From the NCBI GenBank assembly GCA_963667725.2, contig CAXXHO010000005.1:672001-736000 (forward strand): a stretch of DNA of 64,000 nt, in the 5' to 3' direction. Below the pieces are notes generated by a model. It worked only from the letters and a program-made list of their open reading frames with translations. It made no database searches and had not been told where the DNA came from. This DNA comes from Treponemataceae bacterium (GTDB lineage: Bacteria > Spirochaetota > Spirochaetia > Treponematales > Rectinemataceae). A program made the position numbers and the translations under genes. Of the stretch, positions 1 to 9,451 are shown piece by piece (within the stretch, counting starts at the first letter, position 1; each line of letters begins with the position of its first letter).

Positions 1-1173
1 TTTCGCGAGCCAAGCTTTCCATCGCCGCCAGTAAGCCTCGGCCTTCGCCGAACCCTCGGCGTAATCGTAGCCGGCCCAGAGCGGGATGAACTCGCCCTTG
101 ACGAGCAGAAGAGGCTTGTAGAGGGAAACGCAGGGGTAGGAAGTACCCGTGAACCACAGGACGGCAGCCTCGGGGCTCCTGTATTCGACCACCATGGACG
201 CTGTCGTGGCGGAAGCCGGAAAGCCGCCTGAGTGGACGCAGAGACTCTCCATGTGCTTCGCCAAGGGATGGGCCGGATCGAAAGGTCCGTGGGAGCGCAG
301 AATATTGAAGAAATCGAGAACGGCGGGCATCGCCGGCTCAGCTGGCGCCCCAGGAGCAGCCGCGGCAGCCGTTGCCGCCTGCGCGAGCTTCGCCCCGAAG
401 GCCCCGAGCAGAGAAAGGGAAAGGGCGCGACGCCGCTCGCCCCTCGTGAAACGCAGGTAGAAACGATTCTCGACATAGGCCTTGAAGGATTCCTTTTCGC
501 CCTTGCGGCCGGGATCGGCCTCGTCGGAACAGGCCGCCCTCTCGTTGACGGGCGAAATGGCCTTGCGCGTGGCGACATCGAGACGCTTGAAGTCCTCCTC
601 GATGCAGTAGGCGTTGGAAATGGCGTCGCGGTGGGGGATGGAGCGCCAAGCCCAGCGGTGCCCCGCCGTCTCGAGGATATAGGCGGCGGAAGAATCAGCG
701 ATTATGAAACTGTTGTCGTAATAAAGGGAGCCCTTGAGGGCGCCGTTGCCGCCCTGCTCGTACTTTTCGACGAAGGCGCAGATGAAATCCACGGCTTCCT
801 TGGCCGTCGCCGAGGAGCTCAGGGCCGCCCTCAGGATATCCATGCCCAGAACGCCGTCTTTAGCCGGCTTATAACGCGAGAAGACAGCCTCGTTGCCGAT
901 GGCGACGCCCTTCTCGTTCAGCCCCATCTCCCCGCCAGCCATCCAGGACGGCTTCGAGAGCGTGAAGGCCAATCCGGCGTCGCTCAACGGAAAAGTCCTG
1001 CCGCCCAGGACAACCTGCCCGGAAGCCGGCCTGCGCGGGACGACGCAGAGGGTCTGCGGCTCGTCCGGTTGCCTGTCGGAATTCTTGCCGAAGAAAGAGC
1101 CCGCGAACACGGCGTCCGCGCTGATGCCCTTGCCGGCGGCCTCGCCGACTGCGCAATAGAAAGTATCGCACAT
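1..1173 (-). CDS. Secernin / peptidase C69-family (Ntn hydrolase) protein, runs off the left edge
   Basis: Translated by hand from ATG at 1173 (absent from the ORF track): MCDTFYC...FFGKNSDRQPDEPQ...WMAGGEMGLNEKGVAIGNEAV, the typical N-terminal Cys-nucleophile motifs; GGGAGA RBS upstream. Confidence 0.85.
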   Translation of the reverse strand, partial: MCDTFYCAVGEAAGKGISADAVFAGSFFGKNSDRQPDEPQTLCVVPRRPASGQVVLGGRTFPLSDAGLAFTLSKPSWMAGGEMGLNEKGVAIGNEAVFSRYKPAKDGVLGMDILRAALSSSATAKEAVDFICAFVEKYEQGGNGALKGSLYYDNSFIIADSSAAYILETAGHRWAWRSIPHRDAISNAYCIEEDFKRLDVATRKAISPVNERAACSDEADPGRKGEKESFKAYVENRFYLRFTRGERRRALSLSLLGAFGAKLAQAATAAAAAPGAPAEPAMPAVLDFFNILRSHGPFDPAHPLAKHMESLCVHSGGFPASATTASMVVEYRSPEAAVLWFTGTSYPCVSLYKPLLLVKGEFIPLWAGYDYAEGSAKAEAYWRRWKAWLAK

Positions 1174-1305
1174 TTGTAATCTCCCAACGCTCAATGTAAA
1201 GCTTCCTGGCCTACGGCGCAAGGAGGAAAAATTCCCGCCCTTCCATCCTCCCGCCGCCCCGTCTCGGTTGACTCGAAAGAGCGCCGAAAGCATACTCTAT
1301 GGACG

Positions 1306-2136
1306 ATGATTGGCAGCATGTTCCGCAGGCTTTCTCTCGTCCTCGCCATCGTCTCCCTCGGCGCGGGACAAATCCCCGCTCAAGCCCTCACGGGCAAACT
1401 AGCCCTCACCCCGCGCTCCCCCGCCGGCCGCCCCCTTCCCGCCGAGACCGATCCCCGTTTCGTCGCGTCCATCTACGCGCTGAGAGACGCCGTCTACAAC
1501 GGCGCCCAGCCCGGCGAAGTCGAAAAGACGGCCCAAAGCCTCATCGAAGAGACGAAAACCCAGCCCCTCGGAGAAATCGACCGCTTCCTCATCCTCTCGC
1601 GGATCGAATACCTCCTCGGCCGTTCCTGGAACGAAGCCGGCGACAAGAAGAAAGCTATCCTCCATTTCGAAGCCGCCATGGACAAAGCCCAACGCTCCAT
1701 GGCATCGGGAGAGGAGCCCGCCGGCGTCATGGCCCTCACCAAGCCCCTTTCGGAACTCTGCCTTCTCAAGAACATGGGCTTTCTTATAGCGAACGGCCCC
1801 AAGATATCCCAGAACGCGAAAAAAGTGCTGGCCGCCGAACCGGGACACCCGGGAGCCCTCTCGATCCTCGCCGGCGCCAAGGCATACCCTCCGGCCATCT
1901 TCGGCGGAAACCCTAAGGAAGCCATAGAAGAGATGGAAACCCTCCTCAAAGCCCGCGACGAGGGCTTCGAGAAGGACGAACTCTTCGACATAAGGACCTG
2001 CGTCGCCACGGCCCTCATGAAACTCGACCGCAAGGACGAGGCGCGATTCTGGTTCGAGGCTGCCCTCGAGCTCTATCCGGGCAACAAATACGCCCTCGCC
2101 GAACTCGCGAAGACGAAACCAAAGGCGAAGCCATGA
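1306..2136 (+). CDS. Exported TPR-like helical protein
   Basis: Signal-peptide-like N-terminus; TPR-like helices (EARFWFEAALELYPGN); TTGACT-17-CATACT promoter upstream. Confidence 0.65.
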   Translation: MIGSMFRRLSLVLAIVSLGAGQIPAQALTGKLALTPRSPAGRPLPAETDPRFVASIYALRDAVYNGAQPGEVEKTAQSLIEETKTQPLGEIDRFLILSRIEYLLGRSWNEAGDKKKAILHFEAAMDKAQRSMASGEEPAGVMALTKPLSELCLLKNMGFLIANGPKISQNAKKVLAAEPGHPGALSILAGAKAYPPAIFGGNPKEAIEEMETLLKARDEGFEKDELFDIRTCVATALMKLDRKDEARFWFEAALELYPGNKYALAELAKTKPKAKP

Positions 2137-3272
2137 GCCTCGAAACCATCGTCACCGCCTACGCCATGGCCACGGCTGTCGCGGGCGTCCACATCTTCGT
2201 CGTCACTGCCCTGAACACGGCGTGGATGATGTACGCGAGCATTGTCAGCCCCAAGAAGACGGGCCCCCTCGTCAGCCTCCTCGTCCCGGCGCGCAACGAG
2301 GAGGCCCACCTCGGAGCCTGCCTCGACTCCCTCGTCGCCCAGAACTATGAAAACCTGGAAATCATCGTCTATGACGACGACTCCACGGACGGGACGAGGA
2401 AAATCCTCGATCAATACGTGAAGCGATACCCTGGCCTCGTCCGCGCCATCGGCGGAAAGCTCGAACCAGGCTGGTACGGAAAGCCCCTCGCCCTCCAGCG
2501 CCTCTCGGAAGCCGCGTCGGGCTCCTGGCTCTATTTCACCGACGCCGACACCGTCCACGAGCCCGACTCGGTGGGCTTCGCCCTCGGCAGCGCCGAACTC
2601 CACAAGGCCGACCTCGTCTCGGGCTACGTGCGCAACAAAATAGGCAGCTTCGGCGAGGGCCAGGTGGTTCCCGCCATCTACCTCCTCACCATGGTGGCCA
2701 TGCCCCTCTGGCTCATCCACCTCGCCAAGTCCTCCCTCATCTCCCACGCCATTGGACAGGTCATGCTCTTCAGGGCCTCATTCTACGAAAAAATCGGAGG
2801 CTACGACGCGGTGAGGCACAAGGTGTCGGAAGATGTCCACATGGCGAGGCTCGTGAAAAAACAGGGCGGCAAGGTCCTCTTCACCGACCTCAAGGAACAT
2901 ATCGCCTGTAGGATGTACAGCGATTACCGAAGCGCCATAGACGGCCTCTCGAAGAACGTCTACGACTACTTCAACAAGAACATCATCGTCCTCGTGGCCG
3001 TGACCGTCCTCGTGCCCCTCGTCTTCTTCATCCCCATACTCGGCTCAATCTGGCTCCCCGCCTTCCTGATCCAGGCCCAGCCCTGGTTCCGCCTCGGCTG
3101 CCTCTTCCTCGTGTCGGCCTGGGGCCTTCTGACCATGGAACGCCTCCTGCCCTGGTACGTTCCCCTCATCTACCCCCTCATCCTCGTCAACGTCCTCTCT
3201 ACCGCGTGGAGAGCCTGCAGGCTCTTCGCCACGGGCAAGGCCGTCGAGTGGAAGGGAAGGATGGTGAAATAG
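2133..3272 (+). CDS. Family 2 glycosyltransferase, membrane-bound
   Basis: VSLLVPARNEE, DDDSTDGT, GWYGKP, FTDAD, SEDV motifs; C-terminal TM helices. Confidence 0.9.
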   Translation: MSLETIVTAYAMATAVAGVHIFVVTALNTAWMMYASIVSPKKTGPLVSLLVPARNEEAHLGACLDSLVAQNYENLEIIVYDDDSTDGTRKILDQYVKRYPGLVRAIGGKLEPGWYGKPLALQRLSEAASGSWLYFTDADTVHEPDSVGFALGSAELHKADLVSGYVRNKIGSFGEGQVVPAIYLLTMVAMPLWLIHLAKSSLISHAIGQVMLFRASFYEKIGGYDAVRHKVSEDVHMARLVKKQGGKVLFTDLKEHIACRMYSDYRSAIDGLSKNVYDYFNKNIIVLVAVTVLVPLVFFIPILGSIWLPAFLIQAQPWFRLGCLFLVSAWGLLTMERLLPWYVPLIYPLILVNVLSTAWRACRLFATGKAVEWKGRMVK

Positions 3273-3274
3273 GC

Positions 3275-4009
3275 ATGGCGTATAAAAGAGGAAAGCCCTT
3301 GATAATAAAAAAGCCGCCATTCCTTGCGGCTTCGTATCTGCTCTGCTGGTTCGTCGCCCTCATAGGCTGGCCCATCGTCCAAGCCTGGTACGGTTACAGC
3401 GTGACAGGCAGGCAAAACCTGAGAAAAGCGGGCCGTCGCCCCCTCATCTTCGTCAGCAACCACTCCCTGCCCCTGGACAGCCTCATCCACGGCCTTTCCA
3501 TCCTGCCGGGCTTCAGCTACTTCACCATCATCGAGGAAACCGTCATGACGCCCATCCTCGGCACCCTCGTCCGCCTCCTGGGAGGCATCCCCATGCCCAC
3601 CGATTCGGCTCGGCTCAAGGACATAGACGAAGCCATGGACAGAGCCCTCGCGATCCGCGGACGCGTCTATTTCTACGCCGAAGGGGAATGCTTCCTCCTC
3701 AACCAGGAGATCAAACCCTTCAAGGCTGGCGCCTTCTACTACGCCATCAGGAACAGAGCCCTCATCGTCCCCGTCGTCACCGTGCTCAAGCGCCCGAACA
3801 GGCGCGTCCGCCCCGCCGTCCATATCCTCCCCGCCATGGAAGCGCCGGCCCCCACAGGCCACGCCGCCACCGACCTCCACAACGCCATCGTCACCTCGAA
3901 GCGCGTCCGCGCCGAGATGCAGGCCCTCATCGACGCCGAGGGCGGCGACAAAAGCCTCTACCGCGGCCCCATGCCCCGCATACGCGGCGTCAACGATCGC
4001 GAACGATAG
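3275..4009 (+). CDS. Lysophospholipid / 1-acyl-G3P acyltransferase (PlsC family)
   Basis: SNHSLPLD (NHxxxxD), FYAEGE and FKAGAF motifs; ATG 2 nt after the GT2 stop. Confidence 0.8.
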   Translation: MAYKRGKPLIIKKPPFLAASYLLCWFVALIGWPIVQAWYGYSVTGRQNLRKAGRRPLIFVSNHSLPLDSLIHGLSILPGFSYFTIIEETVMTPILGTLVRLLGGIPMPTDSARLKDIDEAMDRALAIRGRVYFYAEGECFLLNQEIKPFKAGAFYYAIRNRALIVPVVTVLKRPNRRVRPAVHILPAMEAPAPTGHAATDLHNAIVTSKRVRAEMQALIDAEGGDKSLYRGPMPRIRGVNDRER

Positions 4010-4153
4010 GAAATCGCCCCTAGACAGCCCATTCCCGAGCCCCTCCATTCCCCGCGAGCCTTTTGCCATTGCGGCCGAGCCCTTCCCGCATATACTTAAC
4101 CATAAACGTAGTGAATTTCGCAAAGTTGGCTAATCGAAAAAGGGAGGCTCCTG

Positions 4154-4675
4154 ATGCAAAGAAAAACGAACAAGGCTGTCTTGGCCGTCATCGCCATTGC
4201 TTTCCTCACCCTCGGTCTCTCGGGCTGCGACCTACTGCAGAACCTCCTGGGCGGCGGGGATACGGAAAACCAGGAACTGCTCTCCAAGCTTTTCGCCGCG
4301 CACGACAAGGCCACTCAGGAAATCCAGGCCTATGTCCAGGCCCACAATGGCGAGGGATATCCGGATTACCTGCCTGATGGTTTTTACTATTCCGACGCGG
4401 GGAGCGAGCGGACGAGGACCTTCACCGCCTACCTCAACGCCGACGGCGTCCAGCTGGACGGAACCGACATCAAGACCTTCAGCGGAACGCCGGGAGCGAG
4501 CGAGATCGTGGGAGACAACATGAACATCAGGTTCAGAGGATCAATTGGCGGAGACTATCTTCTTGAGTTCGCCTGGACCATGAGCTCGCCGTCCACGCGG
4601 AATTACTCGGAATGCAAGGTAAACGGCGAAGACATGCTGGATGATTTCCTCGGCATGGAGCCGCCCGCTCATTGA
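4154..4675 (+). CDS. Hypothetical lipoprotein
   Basis: Lipobox LSGC after a hydrophobic stretch; GGAGG RBS. Confidence 0.7.
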   Translation: MQRKTNKAVLAVIAIAFLTLGLSGCDLLQNLLGGGDTENQELLSKLFAAHDKATQEIQAYVQAHNGEGYPDYLPDGFYYSDAGSERTRTFTAYLNADGVQLDGTDIKTFSGTPGASEIVGDNMNIRFRGSIGGDYLLEFAWTMSSPSTRNYSECKVNGEDMLDDFLGMEPPAH

Positions 4676-4710
4676 CGACGTCCGCGAACGATAGGTACTG
4701 GTTGAAAAGC

Positions 4711-4827
4711 GGACAGGATAACAGGATGGGCAGGATTTACAAGAAAAGGATTTAGGTAAAGAGAAGAAAGCTCGATTCTTTACCCTAAATCTTACCTGTC
4801 GATCCTGAGGGTCCTGTTATCTTGTCC
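4711..4827. repeat. Family-2 repeat: 117-bp imperfect hairpin (MITE/REPIN-like)
   Basis: Begins GGACAGGATAACAGGATGGGCAGGAT, ends GTCCTGTTATCTTGTCC; related copy at 31434-31560. Confidence 0.8.
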
Positions 4828-5967
4828 TTATTTCCGCAACTCCTCGATAAGGGAGGAAAGCGGGCAGAAGACAATAGGCATGCCTTCGATTTCTCGTTTG
4901 ATGGGGCGTTGCGAGTCGGCGGCAACGACGATGTTGACCGAACCGGGATGGAGGGCTCGAAACGCCTTAAGCCCGGCAGGTTCGAAGGCATCGCCGCTCC
5001 ACTTCACCTCGATTGCTATAGGCTCGCTTCCGCGAGGCGCCAGGACGAAATCCACCTCATGTCCTTCCTTGTCGCGCCACGACAAAACTTCCTGATCTTG
5101 CGCGCCGGCTTTCAGCTCGTTCAAGACAAGATGCTCCCAGAAGATCCCTTTCTCCTTGGCGGAAATTTCATGCATGCCCTGAGCCCAGGCGACAAATCCC
5201 GTATCGAATCCATAGACCAAGGGCGTGGCGACTATCTCCCTGGCCGCGCGATTGTGGTAAGGACGAACAATGTGGACGAGCTGCGTAGCTTCGAAAATGG
5301 CGAGATAATTCATGATCGTTGGTCGACTTACTCCGCAGGAGGCCGCGAAGGAAGCGGCATTGAATCTTCCCCCGCTTTGCGCAAGAAGAAGTTCGGCGAA
5401 TTTTAAGAAAGATGAACGGCGCTCTAAACGAAAGAGTTCGAGAATATCCCGGGCCCAAAAGGCTTCCATCCACTCCGAGTAGTCCCTGTCGTCGCGTAAA
5501 TCGGAGAGAAAAAAACCGGGAAGGCCTCCCGAGAGAAATCGTTTCGTCCTGTTCCCGTATCCCGGGAAATTCATATCTTTTTCGCAAAGAGGCGTAAGCC
5601 TAAGTTCCGCTTTACGCCCAGCAAGCGTATCGCGAAACTTCACCGATGCCCCGAGGGTGGAAGAACCGGTAGCGACAATGCGGAGTTCGGGAAAGTGATC
5701 AGCCGCTATCTTAAGGAGAAGAGCCGGATCGTCGAGCCTGTGTATTTCATCAAGCGCGATAATGCCCTGACCAATCGCCTTGAGAAACGCTTCGGGATCA
5801 TCCATCTCCCGTCGTACGGAAGGCAGCTCGCAGTCAAAATACTCAACACCTTCAAGACTCTGGCAAAGGACAGTTTTACCCGATCGTCTGACTCCGGAAA
5901 GCCATACAATCGGTCGCTTGGACCATAGCGAACGTATCCTTTCCTGCCACCATGTTCGTAGAATCAT
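4828..5967 (-). CDS. AAA+ ATPase, AAA_14 + DUF4143 type
   Basis: Walker A GVRRSGKT, Walker B LDEIH, TGSS, LAGR; C-terminal EVDF...IEVK (PD-(D/E)xK-like). Confidence 0.88.
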   Translation of the reverse strand: MILRTWWQERIRSLWSKRPIVWLSGVRRSGKTVLCQSLEGVEYFDCELPSVRREMDDPEAFLKAIGQGIIALDEIHRLDDPALLLKIAADHFPELRIVATGSSTLGASVKFRDTLAGRKAELRLTPLCEKDMNFPGYGNRTKRFLSGGLPGFFLSDLRDDRDYSEWMEAFWARDILELFRLERRSSFLKFAELLLAQSGGRFNAASFAASCGVSRPTIMNYLAIFEATQLVHIVRPYHNRAAREIVATPLVYGFDTGFVAWAQGMHEISAKEKGIFWEHLVLNELKAGAQDQEVLSWRDKEGHEVDFVLAPRGSEPIAIEVKWSGDAFEPAGLKAFRALHPGSVNIVVAADSQRPIKREIEGMPIVFCPLSSLIEELRK

Positions 5968-6033
5968 AGCAGCATTATAATTAATTGCCTGACCAATCGC
6001 AAGTGTACTTTCATTTAGTCAAGACTGAATGAA

Positions 6034-6065
6034 GACAGGATAACAAGATGGGCAGGATTTACAGG
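6034..6065. repeat. Family-2 repeat, half copy
   Basis: GACAGGATAACAAGATGGGCAGGATTTACAGG, near-identical to 4712-4743; overlaps the stop codon of the wzi-like gene. Confidence 0.75.
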
Positions 6066-7858
6066 AAAACCTTGCAGCTCAGCTCCAGCACGTTCTTCCA
6101 TTCGGCATCGGGTACGGCGGCCCCGCCTCCCGTGCCGTCCTCCCACCAGGTGTAGGAAAGCCCGTAGCCAGCCCCGAACTCGAGGGGGACCTTAGCCCCT
6201 AGAATCTCAGGCGCTTTTGCGGGTCTCCAGTAGACCTTGAACTTAGCTATGTGGTTGTAGTCGTAGATGCCGTCGTGGAGGAAGTCCTTGTAATAATCGG
6301 AAACCCCGCCGGTGCCATAGTCCAGATAGTCTTCCACGTCGCCGTAGATCAGATGATTCGTCGTGACATAATTGGGATTATCCCCATGGCGGATGAAGCT
6401 GTACTGAAAATCGGCGCGCCAGTCGGCCGCGAGCCTGGTGTCGAGCTTGAGCAGCAGTTCGTCGGAGTTGGGTTTCAGGTGATAGCCCAGGTTTTCGCCG
6501 TCGTTGGTATAGTTGGTGTTGACCCGCAGCCGCGTATCGCTGTTCCATGTGGGCGGGTGGGTATAGACGAAAGGCTCGATCTTCGTGTACTGGGCCGTGA
6601 GCGACGCGAAGGGAAGCCAAGGAACATCGAGCTTTACCCCGCCCTGATAGGCGAACATGTTGCGCGCCTTGCTGAACCATTCATCGAACCCGGAAAGCTC
6701 CATCTCGTCGATGTAGAGGGAGGCGTAGGCTTTGCCTATCCGTTTCAGGAAAACCTGAATATCCCCGCCCAGGCTCATATTGTCCACGTCGGACTGCGTT
6801 ACCTGATACTCGACGGCGAACATCATCGGTGAAAGGTAGCCCAGCTCGAGACGCTTGGCGCCTATCATCGAGCCCGAGGCCGAAAGGCTGAGCCACTCGA
6901 AGGGAAAAAGCTCCAGCCGCTGGATGGCGAACATTTTCTGCTCGGTGACCGCCGTGGGATTGCCATTGATGTCGGTCGCCGTCGAACGGTCGGCGCCGCC
7001 TTTCTCCCAGTTGCCCAGGGATCCGACCATGTGGGAAATCGCGAAGATTTCCGATGGCCTGAACTGGACTTCCAGTCCCATAAAAGGCCGAGCGGTGCCC
7101 GAAAGCGTGAGAGAGCCTGAGCCCACGCCCCAGTCGCGCCGGAAGCGGGAGAGGCGGTACCTGAAAGCTCCCGAATCCGTCGCCCCGGCGATGTCGCTGC
7201 GGAGATCGAAACTCCAGGTGGGATAAGCTTCCTCCCCGTCGGTCGTTGGGGAGGTGGAGACTTTGTTGTGGGAGGTATCCCATTCCTTGGTGAAGGAGTA
7301 GGGCATGTAAAGATCGCGGTTCACCTTGTCGTAAGTTATACCGATGGTTCCCCAGAGGGAGAGCCAGGGCTCCGGATAAAGCTTCACGTAGGGCTGAACG
7401 AGGGAGTTGAGGTGCCAGAGATCGGCCACGTCGCCCGTCCCGCCCGTGGCGAGGTCAGCGATGCCCGCGGCATCGAAGCGACCGGTGGCCTCTATGTGGC
7501 CTCCCACCGCCGCCTTGGCGTTGGGCGCTTTCCAGAGAGCCTGCCCGATATCGCTCCGCGCCCCATCCTCGAACTCGGCGGCGATTCCCCGAATTTCGGC
7601 CCGCTCGATGGGGGAAAAGGCGTCCATATTCGCTTGGATCGTCGCGAGGAACTCGGCCACCTGCGCCCTCGTGTAGGGCTTCACCGACGATAGCCGCGTC
7701 AGCACGCCGCGCAGCTCGGCGGTCTCGATGACGCTATACACAGGATGCCCCAGCTCGACGGCGAGATGGGACTGGGCGACGGCCCTCGGCGCCGCCACGA
7801 ATCCGAGCGCGAAGACCAGCATGGCGCCAATAATCCATCGAAGCATATTTTTATTCAT
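6059..7858 (-). CDS. Capsule assembly Wzi-like outer-membrane protein
   Basis: Signal peptide MNKNMLRW...AVA; RRDWGVGSGSLTLSG motif; aromatic-rich beta strands; polysaccharide-locus context. Confidence 0.7.
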   Translation of the reverse strand: MNKNMLRWIIGAMLVFALGFVAAPRAVAQSHLAVELGHPVYSVIETAELRGVLTRLSSVKPYTRAQVAEFLATIQANMDAFSPIERAEIRGIAAEFEDGARSDIGQALWKAPNAKAAVGGHIEATGRFDAAGIADLATGGTGDVADLWHLNSLVQPYVKLYPEPWLSLWGTIGITYDKVNRDLYMPYSFTKEWDTSHNKVSTSPTTDGEEAYPTWSFDLRSDIAGATDSGAFRYRLSRFRRDWGVGSGSLTLSGTARPFMGLEVQFRPSEIFAISHMVGSLGNWEKGGADRSTATDINGNPTAVTEQKMFAIQRLELFPFEWLSLSASGSMIGAKRLELGYLSPMMFAVEYQVTQSDVDNMSLGGDIQVFLKRIGKAYASLYIDEMELSGFDEWFSKARNMFAYQGGVKLDVPWLPFASLTAQYTKIEPFVYTHPPTWNSDTRLRVNTNYTNDGENLGYHLKPNSDELLLKLDTRLAADWRADFQYSFIRHGDNPNYVTTNHLIYGDVEDYLDYGTGGVSDYYKDFLHDGIYDYNHIAKFKVYWRPAKAPEILGAKVPLEFGAGYGLSYTWWEDGTGGGAAVPDAEWKNVLELSCKVFL

Positions 7859-8102
7859 TCTTTTTCCTTTCAACCAAATCTTCGAGCGTCGGAAGGCCGG
7901 CCGGTTCGACAAATGCTATCTCCATACCGAGCTGTTCCAGCAAGGACAATACGGCACCAAAGGAAATACCCGCCTGCTTGCCATTCTCCAGCTTACTCAA
8001 GGTGACACGGCTGATACCCACGGCGGCGGCGAGTTCCGATTGCTTAAAGCCCTTCTGGCTTCTCAATGCTTTAATCGCTGGTCCGATTTCCCAATATTTC
8101 AT
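7851..8102 (-). CDS. HipB-like Xre HTH antitoxin
   Basis: IKALRSQKGFKQSELAAAVGISRVTLSKLENG HTH; overlaps the 3' end of hipA. Confidence 0.8.
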   Translation of the reverse strand: MKYWEIGPAIKALRSQKGFKQSELAAAVGISRVTLSKLENGKQAGISFGAVLSLLEQLGMEIAFVEPAGLPTLEDLVERKKNE

Positions 8103-9300
8103 CGGCGATATCCTTTTTTGGCTCTCCATCGCGCGAACTCATCCAGGAAGCGAGTACTTTCCTTCCCGTCGGGGCAAATTCAGGATTGGCGGCACTGTAC
8201 GCTTCCAGCTCGTCGACCGTCTCGGCGACAGCTCTGGCGCATTCATCGTACAGAGCTCCAGCCTCAGACTTCCCCAACTGACATTCGGCGATGCCGAAAT
8301 CGACAAGCTGCCTTCGCCCAGGCCAGAACTTCCTGCCGGAAAAAGTCAAAGCCGGCCTATCCTTCATCATATAGGCCGTCGTCGTTACCACATCATAGCA
8401 CGGGGCGAGATAACGATCGATTCTATCGGGAGAATAGAGTATCCCAAAATTCTTCAAGTGGGCATCCCCATTCCGCAACAGCATGGAAATAACAAGTATC
8501 ATGTAATACTGACGCAGCGAAGACTGTCGACGCTGCGGAGATACAAAATCCGCGATCGTCTTGGCAGCCTGTTCATAGCTGCCCGAATATTTTTCACCTT
8601 TATTCTTTGCCTGAAGGACGCAAAAATCCTCGAATCCCAAAAATCCTCCATCAGGCGATCGATCGAAACGTCCGGTGACGAAGAGCTTCCTATCATCGGA
8701 AAGAAAGAAGGACGAAACCGGAAGCCCAGCTTTCCGCGCAACCGTCATGCAGAAATATTCATTTTCCGCCAAGTGCGGAAATTCTTCTCCCCAAGTCTTC
8801 ACAATATAGTCGCTCACCGAAACCATGGACTTATCCCTCAGCCTTGCCAGCAACTTAGGCTGAATGCCCGATACAAACGAACTCTCGAGAAAAATTCCGA
8901 GGAGCCTCGCGAAAATATCATCTTCCCCAGAAGAGAGAATTTCATCGAGCGAGAGTGAAAGGGAGTCTCGATTGTCGCCTCTAAACAAAGGGCTTTCATA
9001 TTCCAGTCGTCCACGGACATTGCCCGATAGAAGACTCAGAAGGGAGAAATCGTCGGCAGCCCCGAATTCTTTCATCACCAACTGTTTTAAAAGCTCGAAA
9101 AGATAACCTTCGGGGAGATTCATCCCAAAAACCGGATGCAACCCTCCTGTCCAATTCCAGCTTCTCGCCCTATAGGGCATGGTAAGGGATACCCAGGGCA
9201 GAGCGCTTGAGCTTGAATCATAATTGAAGGAATAGGTGTCGCCGCTCCGGTACAAGGTACCGACGGTCATGCCATCAGCCTTCACCTTTATATAATCCAC
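8071..9300 (-). CDS. hipA: HipA-family toxin kinase
   Basis: N-terminal couple domain (SLTMP, NLPEG), SGIQPK, NGDAHLKNFG and LAPCYDV motifs; GTG start at 9300 with GAGGGAAGG RBS. Confidence 0.88.
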   Translation of the reverse strand: MDYIKVKADGMTVGTLYRSGDTYSFNYDSSSSALPWVSLTMPYRARSWNWTGGLHPVFGMNLPEGYLFELLKQLVMKEFGAADDFSLLSLLSGNVRGRLEYESPLFRGDNRDSLSLSLDEILSSGEDDIFARLLGIFLESSFVSGIQPKLLARLRDKSMVSVSDYIVKTWGEEFPHLAENEYFCMTVARKAGLPVSSFFLSDDRKLFVTGRFDRSPDGGFLGFEDFCVLQAKNKGEKYSGSYEQAAKTIADFVSPQRRQSSLRQYYMILVISMLLRNGDAHLKNFGILYSPDRIDRYLAPCYDVVTTTAYMMKDRPALTFSGRKFWPGRRQLVDFGIAECQLGKSEAGALYDECARAVAETVDELEAYSAANPEFAPTGRKVLASWMSSRDGEPKKDIADEILGNRTSD

Positions 9301-9390
9301 CCTTCCCTCCTGTTCAATATAATTATCATATACCTCTATACAATTTATTATGTTAACTATATTGAACATTGTCAAGCAAAAATTGGCAAT

Positions 9391-9428
9391 AAAAAAGGCC
9401 ACCCGCGAACGCGTCGCGGGTGGCCTTT
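9391..9428 (-). terminator. Rho-independent terminator
   Basis: AAAGGCCACCCGCGA-loop-TCGCGGGTGGCCTTT stem followed by a U-run on the minus strand, downstream of the MarR gene. Confidence 0.85.
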
Positions 9429-9451
9429 CCAATGAGCGAATCCATAGTCGT

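Noticed and set aside
232..1179. 315-aa + strand ORF and similar long antisense ORFs (3170-4123, 7978-8958, 13562-15046, 28221-29129)
   Set aside because: Shadow ORFs opposite well-supported genes in GC-rich DNA; no recognisable motifs.
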